Program-made: the position numbers and the translations under genes | Assembly: GCF_964188315.1 (NCBI RefSeq) | Contig: NC_135670.1 | Coordinates: 37,882,001 to 37,946,000, forward strand | Origin: Podarcis muralis | Taxonomy: Eukaryota | Length of the DNA: 64,000 nt | Reading direction: 5' to 3' | The notes under the pieces: model-generated | Told to the model about the DNA's origin: nothing | Database searches by the model: none | The model's input: the letters and a program-made list of their open reading frames with translations, nothing else | Shown here: piece after piece, positions 23,896 through 35,807 of the stretch | Layout: every line of letters begins with the position of its first letter | Numbering within the stretch: position 1 is the stretch's first letter

Positions 23896-26800
23896 GACAA
23901 GTGGAAATACTCCATCACCATATATACTGCTCTAAGAACAGTTATTCATGTCATTAATTCCATGTAAATATTTCAATATTCCAGGTCCATCCCTTTCTGA
24001 AGAGCCTTGTATTCAACCTCAGCACTGGAGATATGGTGCACTTTGATGAACATGGAGAACTGGTTGAAGGTTTTGATGTTACCAATTGGATCACTTTCCC
24101 CAATGGCTCACTGACTAGATTGAAAGTTGGACGACTGGAGCCTCAGGTTCCAGCAGGCAAAGAGTTAACCATCAATGATGAGCAAATTGTGTGGCATCCA
24201 TGTTTTAATCAGGTGAATTATAACTGCAAACTCTTGACTATATGAAAGGGGAATGTTCCCTTCTGGGTAGCTCACCATTCTGTCAGTTCTTGAGGTGCCT
24301 TATTGTAAATTTAATGCTTTATGATCCTTGACCTCATAAATTGACCTCATGAATCAAACTTTAACATAAAGCAAGGAGTTCTTTTTGCCATCTATGCCAT
24401 TTAATTTCTTTATGAAAAAAGTTATCACATAAGCCAGTTACACAGCATTGGAAAATAAAATATTTTATTTTGCTAAAATATCACAGAATATCATCACTTC
24501 ATATATTGATTTCTGAAGGAAAAAAGATGGCCTTGCTTTTATCTTCAAGATATCCTTATCTTATTTCTACAACTTCTTATTTTGGGGAGTCTGGAGATCG
24601 CATTGTCTTTCCTATGATCAGCTTTAAGGCTGAGTCTTAGACTGATCAAACCTAGAGATGGGGGTGGGAATCGCTAACAAATGGGTGACTGTGGAGCTGA
24701 GCCAACTGGTTCATGCTCAGCCTCTCTGTCCCTCACATGAGTCTAATCATGTGGAGGTGAAGGACTGAAAAGGGTTAATCTATTGTTCCTCATGTATATG
24801 ATTTTGCACAGGCGCTGCCCCATTCTGTGTGCAATGACAACTGCAACCCTGGCTTCAGTAGAAAAAAGAAGGAAGGAGAGAAGTTTTGCTGCTATGATTG
24901 TGCTCCGTGTCCAGACGGAATGATCTCTAGTCAGAAAGGTGGGAGGCAGGCATTCCCATGACCTAATTTATGGGATTTAATATATATATAAATAGGCTAG
25001 TTGTTACATTATTTTGGAGAATGCAGATGAATGCAGAGCAGTCTAATACTAAAGCGATTTTCAGGAACAATTATCTTGTATTTGAGTTGTCATTATTTAA
25101 AAATATATATTCTTGGGTCAAAGTTATTGGGGTTTTACAGGATTTTTAAAGGATTTTTTTTAAAAAAAATCCCTCTACTTGCCATACATCCGGGTTTTCC
25201 CAAATATTTTGCAGATTCAGCAAAAATCTGCCTGGATGCCATTTGGCAGCCCAATTCCCAGATGTGTCAGGGAAAACCTGGACGTATGGCAGCCCTACAT
25301 TAGACCGATCACAATTTTGCCACCTACACAACTCATGGGACATTGTGAGGATAAAGTGGAGGGAATGAAGTATGCCACTTGTAGTTCCTTGGATATAAAT
25401 GTAATAACTAAATGTAGATGAATGAATGGATGGATGATTAGAAGTCTATCTGAGATGGGGAAATGAGCAAAGTGCCCCTCGGTTGCCAACAATTTCCCAA
25501 GCAATGAGGAGGTCCTTTCCTGGTTCCAGCCAACTCTAAAGCCAGGGTGAGAAACCTTTTGCATCCTCAGGGCCTCATCCTGTTCTGTGCAACCTTCTAG
25601 GAGTACTTGGTGGGTCCTGAGGCAAAAGTGGAGGGAGCAACTAATGTGAGTTTTAACTTGTACTGTGGGCTACTTTCTATACACACATCTCTCAATCCTT
25701 CAACTAGACACCAAGAGCCAGGCAAATCAGCTAGACACTAAATACTGACTAACTAGACTGACTAATCCATGCATCCATTAGAGCTAGGTTTCTGCCTTCC
25801 AACTGGACCAGCCCATTATTATTCTATGGGCCATCTGAAATTGTGTCTTTCTTCATAGATCAGGTATTGTAAATACAGGAGAAATACAGGATGCCATATA
25901 ATTCATTCTTTTCTAACCACTTTCTGAATCAGCTACTGGTCCACTAGTTCAAAAACCATCCAAAATGCAGTCTCACTTACTTTCAAATTATAAGATTCAT
26001 TATAATAAATTCAAATTATAAGATTCAGATTATAAGATTTTGTGAAAGAACTGCAAGAACACAGAAATAGACATCCTCAAACCTTCTTGTGGCTGATTGC
26101 TTTTGAAAGGCATTACCTAGTATAAAGGCGTGCTTAAATAACTGTTTGTGTTTAGATAGATGTTGGTCAGCATTTTGAAATACTTAAGCACCTCCTCCCT
26201 TTTTCAGACATAGACGCTTGTGTCAATTGTCCAGAGGACCAATATCCCAACATGGATCAAACTCAGTGTGTTCCCAGGATTGTGAGCTTCCTCTCTTACA
26301 AAGAAAATCTGGGGATCATCTTAGTGGTGTTAGCTATTTCTCTCTCTCTCATCACAACTTTAGTACTTGGCATTTTCCTGAAGCACAAGGATACTCCCAT
26401 AGTCAAAGCCAACAACCGGACACTCACCTACATCCTTCTCATCTCCCTCCTCCTTTGCTTCCTGTGCTCCTTGCTTTTCATTGGACGGCCTGGAAGGGTG
26501 ATCTGTCTTCTCCGACAAATGGCTTTTGGCCTTGTTTTCTCTTTGGCCATTTCCACTGTGTTGGCAAAGACGGTCACTGTAGTTGTGGCATTTATGGCCA
26601 CCAAACCAGGATCCAGCATAAGGAAATGGGTGGGGAAAGGACTGACCAATTCGATTGTCCTCTTCTGCTGCTTCATCCAAGCTGCCATTTGTGCTCTTTG
26701 GTTAAGTACTTCTCCGCCGTTTCCAGATAAGGACACGCATTCAGTGATTGGGGAAATTATACTTGAATGTAACGAGGGTTCAGCTACCATGTTTTACTCT

Positions 26801-27109
26801 GTCTTGGGCTACATGGGCTCCCTGGCCACCGCCAGCTTCATAGTAGCTTTCTTTTCCAGGAAACTCCCTGACAGTTTCAATGAAGCCAAATTTATCACTT
26901 TCAGCATGTTGGTGTTTTGCAGTGTTTGGTTGTCCTTTGTGCCAACCTACCTGAGCACCAAAGGGAAATACATGGTGGCCGTGGAGATCTTCTCCATCTT
27001 GGCCTCCAGTGCTGGATTACTGGGTTGCATCTTTTCCCCCAAATGCTACATTATTGTGCTTAGGCCTGAGCTGAACAGCAGGGAACAAATGATAAGGAAG
27101 AAAAAATAA
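20409..27109 (+). CDS. V2R gene C, complete: join(20409..20665,21787..22078,22704..23570,23985..24212,24812..24938,26208..27109), 890 aa
   Basis: Six GT-AG exons; 257+292+867+228+127+902=2673 nt, open frame. Confidence 0.91.
21787..22078 (+). CDS. V2R gene C exon 2
   Basis: 292 bp; [23 protein letters not shown]...KIPQ|GTAAGT. Confidence 0.92.
22100..22520 (+). mobile_element. Old CR1 fragments in gene C intron 2
   Basis: tatcttgatttc...ttttgacaaggt (YLDF.KAFD-type RT region) and downstream CR1-like segments. Confidence 0.55.
22704..23570 (+). CDS. V2R gene C exon 3
   Basis: tttag|LTYGSF...LYQMVPNE...QPWQ|GTAAAG. Confidence 0.92.
23849..23894. repeat. (AAT)n microsatellite
   Basis: Directly visible. 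Confidence 0.95.
23985..24212 (+). CDS. V2R gene C exon 4
   Basis: 228 bp; [11 protein letters not shown]...[10 protein letters not shown]...FNQ|GT. Confidence 0.92.
24812..24938 (+). CDS. V2R gene C exon 5
   Basis: 127 bp; [15 protein letters not shown]...CCYDCAPCP. Confidence 0.92.
25172..25297. mobile_element. Short decayed MITE
   Basis: Imperfect terminal inverted repeats tgccatacatccgggttttccc / gggaaaacctggacgtatggca. Confidence 0.55.
26208..27109 (+). CDS. V2R gene C exon 6 (7TM)
   Basis: ttttcag|AC ATA GAC GCT TGT; full TM motifs, ends in TAA. Confidence 0.93.
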
Positions 27110-27224
27110 ATTAAAATACAGATTAATCTCTTTATTTGACTCTTACTCGTATTTCATCAGATATGACAGTAATAGAAATGCCATTGGAATTGCGGTATGA
27201 GTGTTTGATGCATTCCCTCCCCAA

Positions 27225-27906
27225 ATTCAGTTGACCCCGTCTCATGTTGGCCTTGTACTCACATAAAGAATGAGGCATGACTTCGTTTTTGAGGATTTAT
27301 TTCAACAGCCAATTTTATTGTATAAAACTAAAACATCTTTTATGTGAACTAATTCCCAACCATTCCTGATCCTATAGGAGCATAAAACCTATGCCTCAGA
27401 TTTTGGGCAAGCTGAGGGGCAAAAACAAAATTAACTAGATTGACTGTGCCACACAAATTATGATCATCTCTTCCCAGCACAGAGGTTTTGAGACAGTGAG
27501 TGGTTGAATGGGTCAGATTATGGGAAATATTCAAAGAGGTGCTTTTGGTTTTGGGGGTTTTATTTAAAATTAGGGTATGGATTCTGTCCATTTTAAATGC
27601 CCTCCCCCCATCTTGAGTTACTGTAGGTAAATGTATTTATCTTCTCATACTGAGAAATTAGATCCTCTTCTTGTTCACTAAGCTGATTGCATGTTTAAGG
27701 AGATGTAAGATGATCCAGATTATCACAAGGTTTCAGCTGAATAAACCAACCTCTTTCCAGGGATTTGTTTTTCACTGAGCTGAGCAGACATGTCTGCCCA
27801 CTAAAATAAAATATCACTCAACTCCAGAGCTCTTAGAGGCTGATTTTGTCTCTCTAAGTCTTACATCATAGAATCCATACCAAATTTCTGCCTTCAGTAA
27901 ATAGAT
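27225..27906 (+). repeat. Gene C 3' flank / probable 3'UTR, duplicated at 17863-18549
   Basis: Starts 116 bp after the gene C stop and aligns by eye along its whole length with 17863-18549. Confidence 0.9.
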
Positions 27907-29141
27907 CTTGAAATCAAAATGGCATCAATTTCTCAATTGATTAATCCAATATATGTAAAGAAATGGTCCCTGTATCTTGCATTTTCCATTGATCTGGTTA
28001 GTGGAGAATGCATATGGGAGAAATGATAGCAAACAGGTGTAAAAGGTGGATGGCTGTACTTAATTATAAAGATGCAACAAGACTTCTGTAAAAGTTCATG
28101 TAGCACACTCTTTGGAATGGCCAAGTAGTACTCCAGCTTTGGGGTGTGGGTGACAAAAATGTTTTCAGGCTCTATTGTTTAATGTGAATGAAAACAATAT
28201 TAGTATCACCTCATACTGTACATTTGTAGACCAGTATATCTGAGGGATAGACCAGTTTCACTCTTGTTGTATGGTGAAGAAGTAGTTCTTATGTCTTCCT
28301 CACAATTGACTTGTGTGGTATAAGAGATTTTATATCTTGTCATTCATCCAAATGTTTAATGTTGGTAAAAAACAGAGTATGATTTCTAGAAAACATCAGT
28401 GACAACATATGAATGGAATCAAATTGCCCAAATAAAGTTTGTTAAGGGAAGCCCTGTTCAGGGGAAGTTTTTAAGGTTTGATGTCATATTGTGTTTTAAT
28501 TTGTTGAAAGCCGCCCACTTTTGAAACTGTTTTCGCAGGTCTTTGGACCATAATAAAGAATGTATGCATGCACTAAGCATCTTTGTTGGAAGTATCTAAG
28601 AAAGTGTTGTGTCTTGAAAAAGTAAACCAAAAGTCCCCTTTGAATTAACTGGTCATTTATTTGACTCTTTCCTTTTGTTTAACAATTCATTCTTCAAAGG
28701 TCTGGCAGATTTTTGCATGATACCTTATCAGGGCTGGCCCCGGTTGTTTTGCCACGTGAGGCAAAAGAGAAAATGCCACCCCCTGCCACCCCCTCTTCCT
28801 CTGCCAGCCCCTGCCTCATTGTGAAGGTGGCAGGGTAGCCAAAGGAGGTGCAGCAGGTGGGCCTGGATGAAAGCCGGATCCAGTCCTCTTTATGTTAAGC
28901 TGAATTGACGTACATGGCGCCTTTCCATCACACAGAACAACATTTAGCTACTACAACCCACAAACTCAAACGGGAACATGGGAACACAGAACAATTCATT
29001 CACACTAATGGGAGTGCTTTCCTTGGAGTAGTTAAAAGAATTTCCAAAAGACAATAAAGGCAGTCTGACTCTTTTAAATGACTGTCCAGGTGAAAATGAG
29101 TAAATTCCTAGAAATAACCAGCTTTTCATTTCCCCCCTCAG

Positions 29142-29896
29142 ATATGGATCCTTGTATCAAATGTCCCAAAGATCAGTATCCCAGCAAGGACCACAGTCAA
29201 TGCATTCCCAAAGTTCTAAGCTTCCTCTCTTACACAGAAAACTTAGAGATTATCCTGGCTACTTTGGCCAATTCTTTCTCTTTCATCACAATTCTACTGC
29301 TGGGAAGTTTTATGAAATGCAGGGACACACCCATAGTCAAGGCCAATAACCGGACCCTGACTTACATCCTCCTCGTTTCCCTTCCTCTTTGCTTCCTCTC
29401 CACTTTGCTCTTCATTGGACAGCCAGTAGAAGGGAACTGCCTTCTACGCCAATTGGTCTTTGGCATCATCTTCTCTGTGGCTCTTTCTTGTGTCTTGGCA
29501 AAGACCGTAACGGTGGTTCTGGCATTCATGGCAACCAAACCAGGATCTGGGATGAGCAAATGGGTGGGGAAAAGACTGGCAAATTCAATTGTCCTCATCT
29601 GCACCTTCATTCAAGCTGGCATTTGTATCCCGTGGTTAAGTACTTCCCCACCATTCCCAGATTCGGACATGCACTCATTGAATGGGGAAATCATCTTGAA
29701 TTGTAATGAGGGATCAGCTGTCATGTTTTATTGTGTCGTGGGGTACATGGGCTCCCTAGCCGTAATCAGCTTCATTGTGGCTTTTCCGGCCAGGAAATTG
29801 GGTTGCATCTTTTCTCCTAAATGCTACATAATTTTATTCAGGCCTGATCTGAACAGTAGAGAGCAAATAATGGCCAGAAAAAGTGAGAGGATGTAA
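29142..29896 (+). pseudogene. Orphan V2R terminal exon (6') with an in-frame ~156-bp deletion of TM6 and most of TM7; pseudo-exon or alternative last exon
   Basis: Intact acceptor tcccccctcag|AT ATG GAT and an open frame. It reads [13 protein letters not shown], lacking the 52 aa PDSFNEAK...SSAGL-L found in paralogs. I found no exons 1-5 between 27110 and 29141. Confidence 0.85.
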
Positions 29897-31074
29897 GTTC
29901 ATCTGTTTATTAAGCTCACTTAAAAATTCACTGGAAAGTCCACATCATGAGATTTTTAGTATTAGTGTTTTAATAGAGAGAGACCATTGCTCAAATGCAG
30001 CCTTCTTGTGAGTACAGTTGTACTGGACAAACATTATCACAGGTCAATGCCCTGTTTTGATTTGGCTTACATAAATAAATGTAAACTTAACTTTAGCTAT
30101 CAATAAATTGAGGATTATGAGGACATAGTAGTGCTGGTATCTATTTTGACCAGTGAAATTGGGATTTGTAGTTCATATTCAAGAACTGTTGTCGGGATCT
30201 TGGTCTCCATGTTGAGTTGTCTTCTCTACTTGGGCATGAGACTATATAACAGGGAGCAGCAAATAAGGAAAAAGAAAAGAGGATAAACACAATAAAACAA
30301 TAGTTGGAAAATTCAGAAAAGATATCCTAGGAGTTTTGAATTGAATGATGCCACTTCAGAGGCCAAAAACACGCTTGGGAAATTGAAATCATTCCTATCA
30401 TTGTCAAAATTACTGTTTTCTGCCTTGTGACACAATTGACATCCAGAGCCTGTAAGAAAAATAAAAAATAAGCATATTGAAAAACCTATATAATTCCTGT
30501 GTTATTCAGAACTAGATCTAGGGATATGTAGGGGTATCTTCATTCTTCTGCATAACCACTTTCCCACTGATTTTTAACAAATAAAGTATGCTGTGAGTAT
30601 TCTGGTTCCTCATATATTCTCCTGCTTCCCCTGTTTATTTTCTGCTTCCCAGATTCTTACTGTGAAAAACTGAACCTCGTTGACCAGTATAGAATAGCAC
30701 ACATGCCCTGTAATTTGCATACCCATCTTTTGGGGAAACAAGCTGAGAATTCACAAATTTGCATTTGGATTCCTTTGCTCACCACAGCAAAATTGCTGAC
30801 GCCTGCCCTACAGTAACACATATTAAGTTGTTTAGAAATAAATTTTAAAAAGTCGCTCATCCTTAGAGGATAAAGGGGGGAGATAAAGAAAATACGCTGT
30901 TTAGGGAAATTAACAATGGACAAGGAGGTGAAATGAAATAAAGTAGCAGGATACTGGTATCCAGATTCCCTAAATAGTCATGCTGCAAATCTGTGTAGCA
31001 GCAACACCATCTACCATTCAAGGAAGACTGTAGAAAACTGAAAAACACCCACATTGAATTCTGCAACTGGAATC

Positions 31075-31334
31075 ATGGGAAAACAGCTTTGGAAAGGGAG
31101 TTTCATCAACAGGATCTTGCTTGTGGTGATGTTGCTGCTCGTTCTACCGTGTCGTATGGTATGCAATGCACATTCTATTAATTGCAGCATATATGATGAT
31201 CTCCTCCCTATTCCTCATGAATTTTACCAACCAGGAGGCATTGTCATTGGTGAGATTGTTTCTCAAGTATTACTCCTCTCTAATATGCTCTCTTTCATGG
31301 AACAGCCTGCCCAGATCACGATTGACGAACCTAT
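31075..31334 (+). CDS. V2R gene D exon 1
   Basis: MGKQLWKG...[24 protein letters not shown]|GTAAG. Confidence 0.88.
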
Positions 31335-34300
31335 GTAAGGCATCAATATTTCTCACACAATTTGAAATATGTATGAATTATAATTATTCAGAACATATCC
31401 TTAAGGAATGATGTGCTTTATGGAGCTTTTGATGTAAAAAAGTGACGCTTGGATTGTTAATATGTGTGTGATACCTTCTACAATGTCTTGTTGGGCATAA
31501 ACCGCTAGTGTGTTTCCTCCAGGAATCTTACAGAAATGAATGGATCGTGTACATTTCTGTATCACAGCTGGAGCAGGATCCTCTCATAGCATCTATTTGC
31601 TTCTGAGGTGGTTATCTGGCAAGGAGCATTTATCTTCTTTCTGGTTGTCATTTGTTCATGCTACATTTTAAATTCATTTCCAAACTGCTAGAAGTCCTAT
31701 TCCTTTTTAAATGAGTGGCAAAATGAGGAAACCTTAAAACCAGCGCTATTTTTCTAGAAAAAGAGGTGCCAGAACTCACCATAAGCGCCTTGTTCTCTTA
31801 GAATGGCAATGGCGCCCACCTGAGAGGTGCCAGAACTGAGTTCCAGTGAGTTCTGGGCGAAAAAAGTCCTGCTTAAAACTATTTCATTTCTGCTCTCGCT
31901 ACATTTTGTTGTCTTACATCATTGATCTCAATCTCAGCCCTTCCCTTGCCATTTCAGACTTCAGGTATTTGGTTTCATATTGTTATATTTTAGAGAAATA
32001 AATATGTTTCTTATTCCTGTTTTAATACATCAAATTTGCAAAGCTTACTCTCTCACATCATACAGGGAGAAACATAGGGCTATTGATGCAATACATAACA
32101 GACTTTAGAGGGGCAAAGCAAACCTAACCCTCTTATGGAAGTATTGTTAGATGGGCCAATATTTACAAACAGAAACTTGTCCCTATTTGTTGTTCATACT
32201 TTTTAATTTAGAATCATAGAATTATAAAGCTGGAGGGGACCATGAGGGTCATCTAGACCAGCCCCCTGCCATGCAGGAGTCTCATGCTTGACCTACTAAG
32301 CTATCCAGCAGACATTTACAATAAAAAATTAAAATTGTGCCATATTAAATACGGTACTGCCCTTTCCCCCCTTTTTCTTAAAGAAAGGTGATTTGTGAAT
32401 TGACTCCGGTACAATACAAGTATCTGGAAAAAGGATTTCATTGTACTTTCCACTTGTAATATTTTATTAAGCATTAAAAAGTCCTGGAACTGTATGAGCA
32501 TTTAGATCATTAATTGACTGGAGAAATATTTATTTCATAGGTCTTATTTTTGTACTTTGGTATATAATCTTGTGCAGTTATAAACTACAGTTTAATCCTA
32601 GAAACCTGCAGAGATGTGATGATGCAGTGCACAAGTTGTTCTTGTAATAGCTGTGGTTTTATTAAACAGCTGCTAATTGTCTTGCACAGTGCGGGTGGCG
32701 CTGTGGGTAAAACCTCAGCACCTAGGACTTGCCGATCGCATGGTCAGCGGTTCGAATCCTCGCGGCGGGGTGAGCTCCCGTCTTTCAGTCCCAGCTCCTG
32801 CCCACCTAGCAGTTCGAAAGCACCCTTAAGTTCAAGTAGATAAATAGGTACCGCTTTATAGCGGGAAGGTAAACGCCGTTTCCGTGTGCTGCTCTGGTGC
32901 CGGTTCACCAGAGCAGCTTCGTCACGCTGGCCACGTGACCCGGAAGTGTCTGTGGACAGCGCTGGCTCCCGGCCTCTAGAGTGAGATGAGCGCACAACCC
33001 TAGAGTCTGTCAAGACTGGCCCGTACGGGCAGGGGTACCTTTACCTTTACCTTTAATTGTCTTGCAGATCAGTGCCAAAGAACTACCAGCACGTTCTGGC
33101 CTTAGCATTTGCTGTCAAAGAAATCAACGAGAATCCCAACATCTTATCCAATATCTCTCTGGGGTTTTGTATCCTCAATAGCTACTACACTGCAAGGATG
33201 ACCTACAAGGCCACCCTCAGCCTGCTCTCCACAGAACATAGGTTTGCCCCCAACTTCAAATGTGACAACCAAAACAATCTGATAGCTTTCATTGGGGGAT
33301 GTATCTCTGAAGTCTCTGCCAACATGGCCATCATTTCAGCAATCCACAAGACTCCACAGGCAAGTCGTGTGCATGAGGGCATGGAGGTTTCACAAGTATG
33401 GTACACCATCTTGGTTTCAGGAAACTCTCTGACAGTGTTCGCCATGATTTTTAGTTACTGAATGAGAGAAATATGGGCTAGATGATTATACAATCTGATG
33501 GATAGAGAACTTGTAGGACAACAGAACCCATGGATGGCTTATCGTCAGAGTTTGGGGATATTGCAAGTGGGATACTTCAGGGCTTTGTTTGGAAGGTCTT
33601 GTTTCTCAAAATATTTATTGATCACTAAGACAAAAGGGTGGAGAGAATCTTTATCAATTTGGAGGTGACAAAAGCCTGTGGGGGTAGAAAACACTTCAGA
33701 AGACAGGAAAAGAACTCTAATAATAATAATAATAATAATAAACCTTTGTTGTCATTACACCACCTGTGTGCAGTGAAGTTAAACGAGCCCCCCCTCCGGC
33801 CCTCCCCCACATACACTCAGTCCTGTTCACACTCTGTGTGCCTGTTGGAAGTCAATTGCACCACTATTATTTTTCCATTCAGCAGCCCAACAGCCCACAG
33901 ATAAAAACTGTTCTTTAACCTGTTGGTGTGGCTGACTATACTTCTATATCTCCTGCCCAAAGGTAGGAGATTAAAGAGATGCTGGCCTGGGTGTGAGTCA
34001 TCCCAAAAATTTTCCTCGCTCTTCCGAGGCAGCGGTCTCCTGCGATGTCATCTAGAGAACTCAGGAGACAGCCCATGATGTCCTGTGCTGTATTCACCAC
34101 CCTCTATAGGGACTTTCTGTCCGTGGCTGTCAAACCAGCGTACCGCACTGTAATACAGTATGAAAGGACACTTTCTGTTGTGGACAGGTAGAAGGAGATC
34201 ATCAGTTTTTGTTTGACATTGTTCTTTTGCAAGACCCTGGGGAAATGGAGTCTCTGCTGGGCCTTCATGATGCCAAACAGAACCTGCTTACTCTCACGAC

Positions 34301-35771
34301 ATATTTTAAGTAACTCTAATTCTCTCAGAAAGAGATAAGCCACACCAGGAAATCTTCACTGAGTCCCAAAGCCTTCAAGCTGGTCGAGAACCCTACAGGA
34401 ATCTCCCAGTTGCATCTGTGTGCAATGTCCCCAAACACACAACTCAGATATTACTTCTACAGGTTCTGGTAACAGGGAGTGGAAGTGATTGACTAGTGTA
34501 GCTGGGGCTCTGATGGGACAGTGTAGGGAGCTCAGACAAATAGCCCAGTGGGGCATTTTTGTGACAGCAGCCATCCTAATCTGCTGCCTGAGACAAGAGG
34601 CTCAATGTGGCTCCTGACCAAAGATAGTCAGGTTCTCATGCAGGATTCCCCCATCTGAATTTTCACAGGACATTGAATGCGATGGACCACAGAACTATTT
34701 TCTAATAAGTAAATCTATGATGTAAATGCTTGTAACCCATCTGAAAAATGCTTATTAATTTTATTTCAGCTGATTTATGGATCATTTCTGCCACTAAAAG
34801 CTGTCAAAAAGTCCTTCCCATTTTTGTATCAGATGGTGCCAAATGAAGCCCACCAGCACACAGGGATTGTGCGATTACTTCAGCATTTTAAGTGGACATG
34901 GATTGGGCTTTGGGCTGTGGAAGATGACAGAGGGGACAGGTTTTTAAAGACAATGGTCCCAATCCTTTCCCCTAATGGCATCTGTTATGCCTACATAGTA
35001 AGAATACCAAAATGGAATTATGTGGATGAGATGATAGACTTTGCTTTACAGCATTTAGGAACCTATGCAATGGTCTTTGAGGATAACCCAACTGTGTTCA
35101 TTGTTTATGGAGAACCTCCATCCTTCCAGGTTCTGAGAATGTTGATATTTGTATCACCCTTCTTCTTCTTTCCAACTCTGGGCAAAGTGTGGATTGTTAC
35201 ATCCCACTGGGATTTTGCATCACATTCTATACAGAAGAATTGGGAGGTACAAGCATTTCACGGTTCCATATCCATCACAGTCCACTCAAATCAGCCATCA
35301 GGATTCCAAAGGTTCATTCAGAAGCTGAGCCCTTTCTGGGCAAAACGAGATGGCTTTATCCAGGAGTTCTGGAAACAGGCATTTGGCTGTTTATTTAAAA
35401 TGTCTGAAGCTTCAGAGGAGGGAAATGAAAATGAAATCATCTGCACTGGGGAGGAGAAGCTGGAGAGCCTTCCTGGAGTTCTGTTTGAAATGGACATGAC
35501 TGGCCACAGCTACAATGTCTACAATGCTGTCTATGCTGTGGCACATGCTTTGAACGCCATCTACAAATCCATATCCAAACACAGAGGATTGGAAGAAAGG
35601 GTCAGACTGACATTTCACAGTGTGCAATCATGGCAGGTAATTAGAAAGCAATACTTTAAAATTATAGAGTTCTAGGATTGTAGAGATGGAAGGGGCCCTC
35701 AGGGTCATCTTACAGGGTGTTGGACTAGATAACCCTTGGGGTCCCTTCCAACTCTACAAATATATGATTCT

Positions 35772-35807
<36 letters not shown>

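Noticed and set aside
30185-30295. Possible further exon-6 echo (aacagggagcagcaaataaggaaa, NREQQIRKK)
   Set aside because: The similarity is too short and A-rich to separate from chance.
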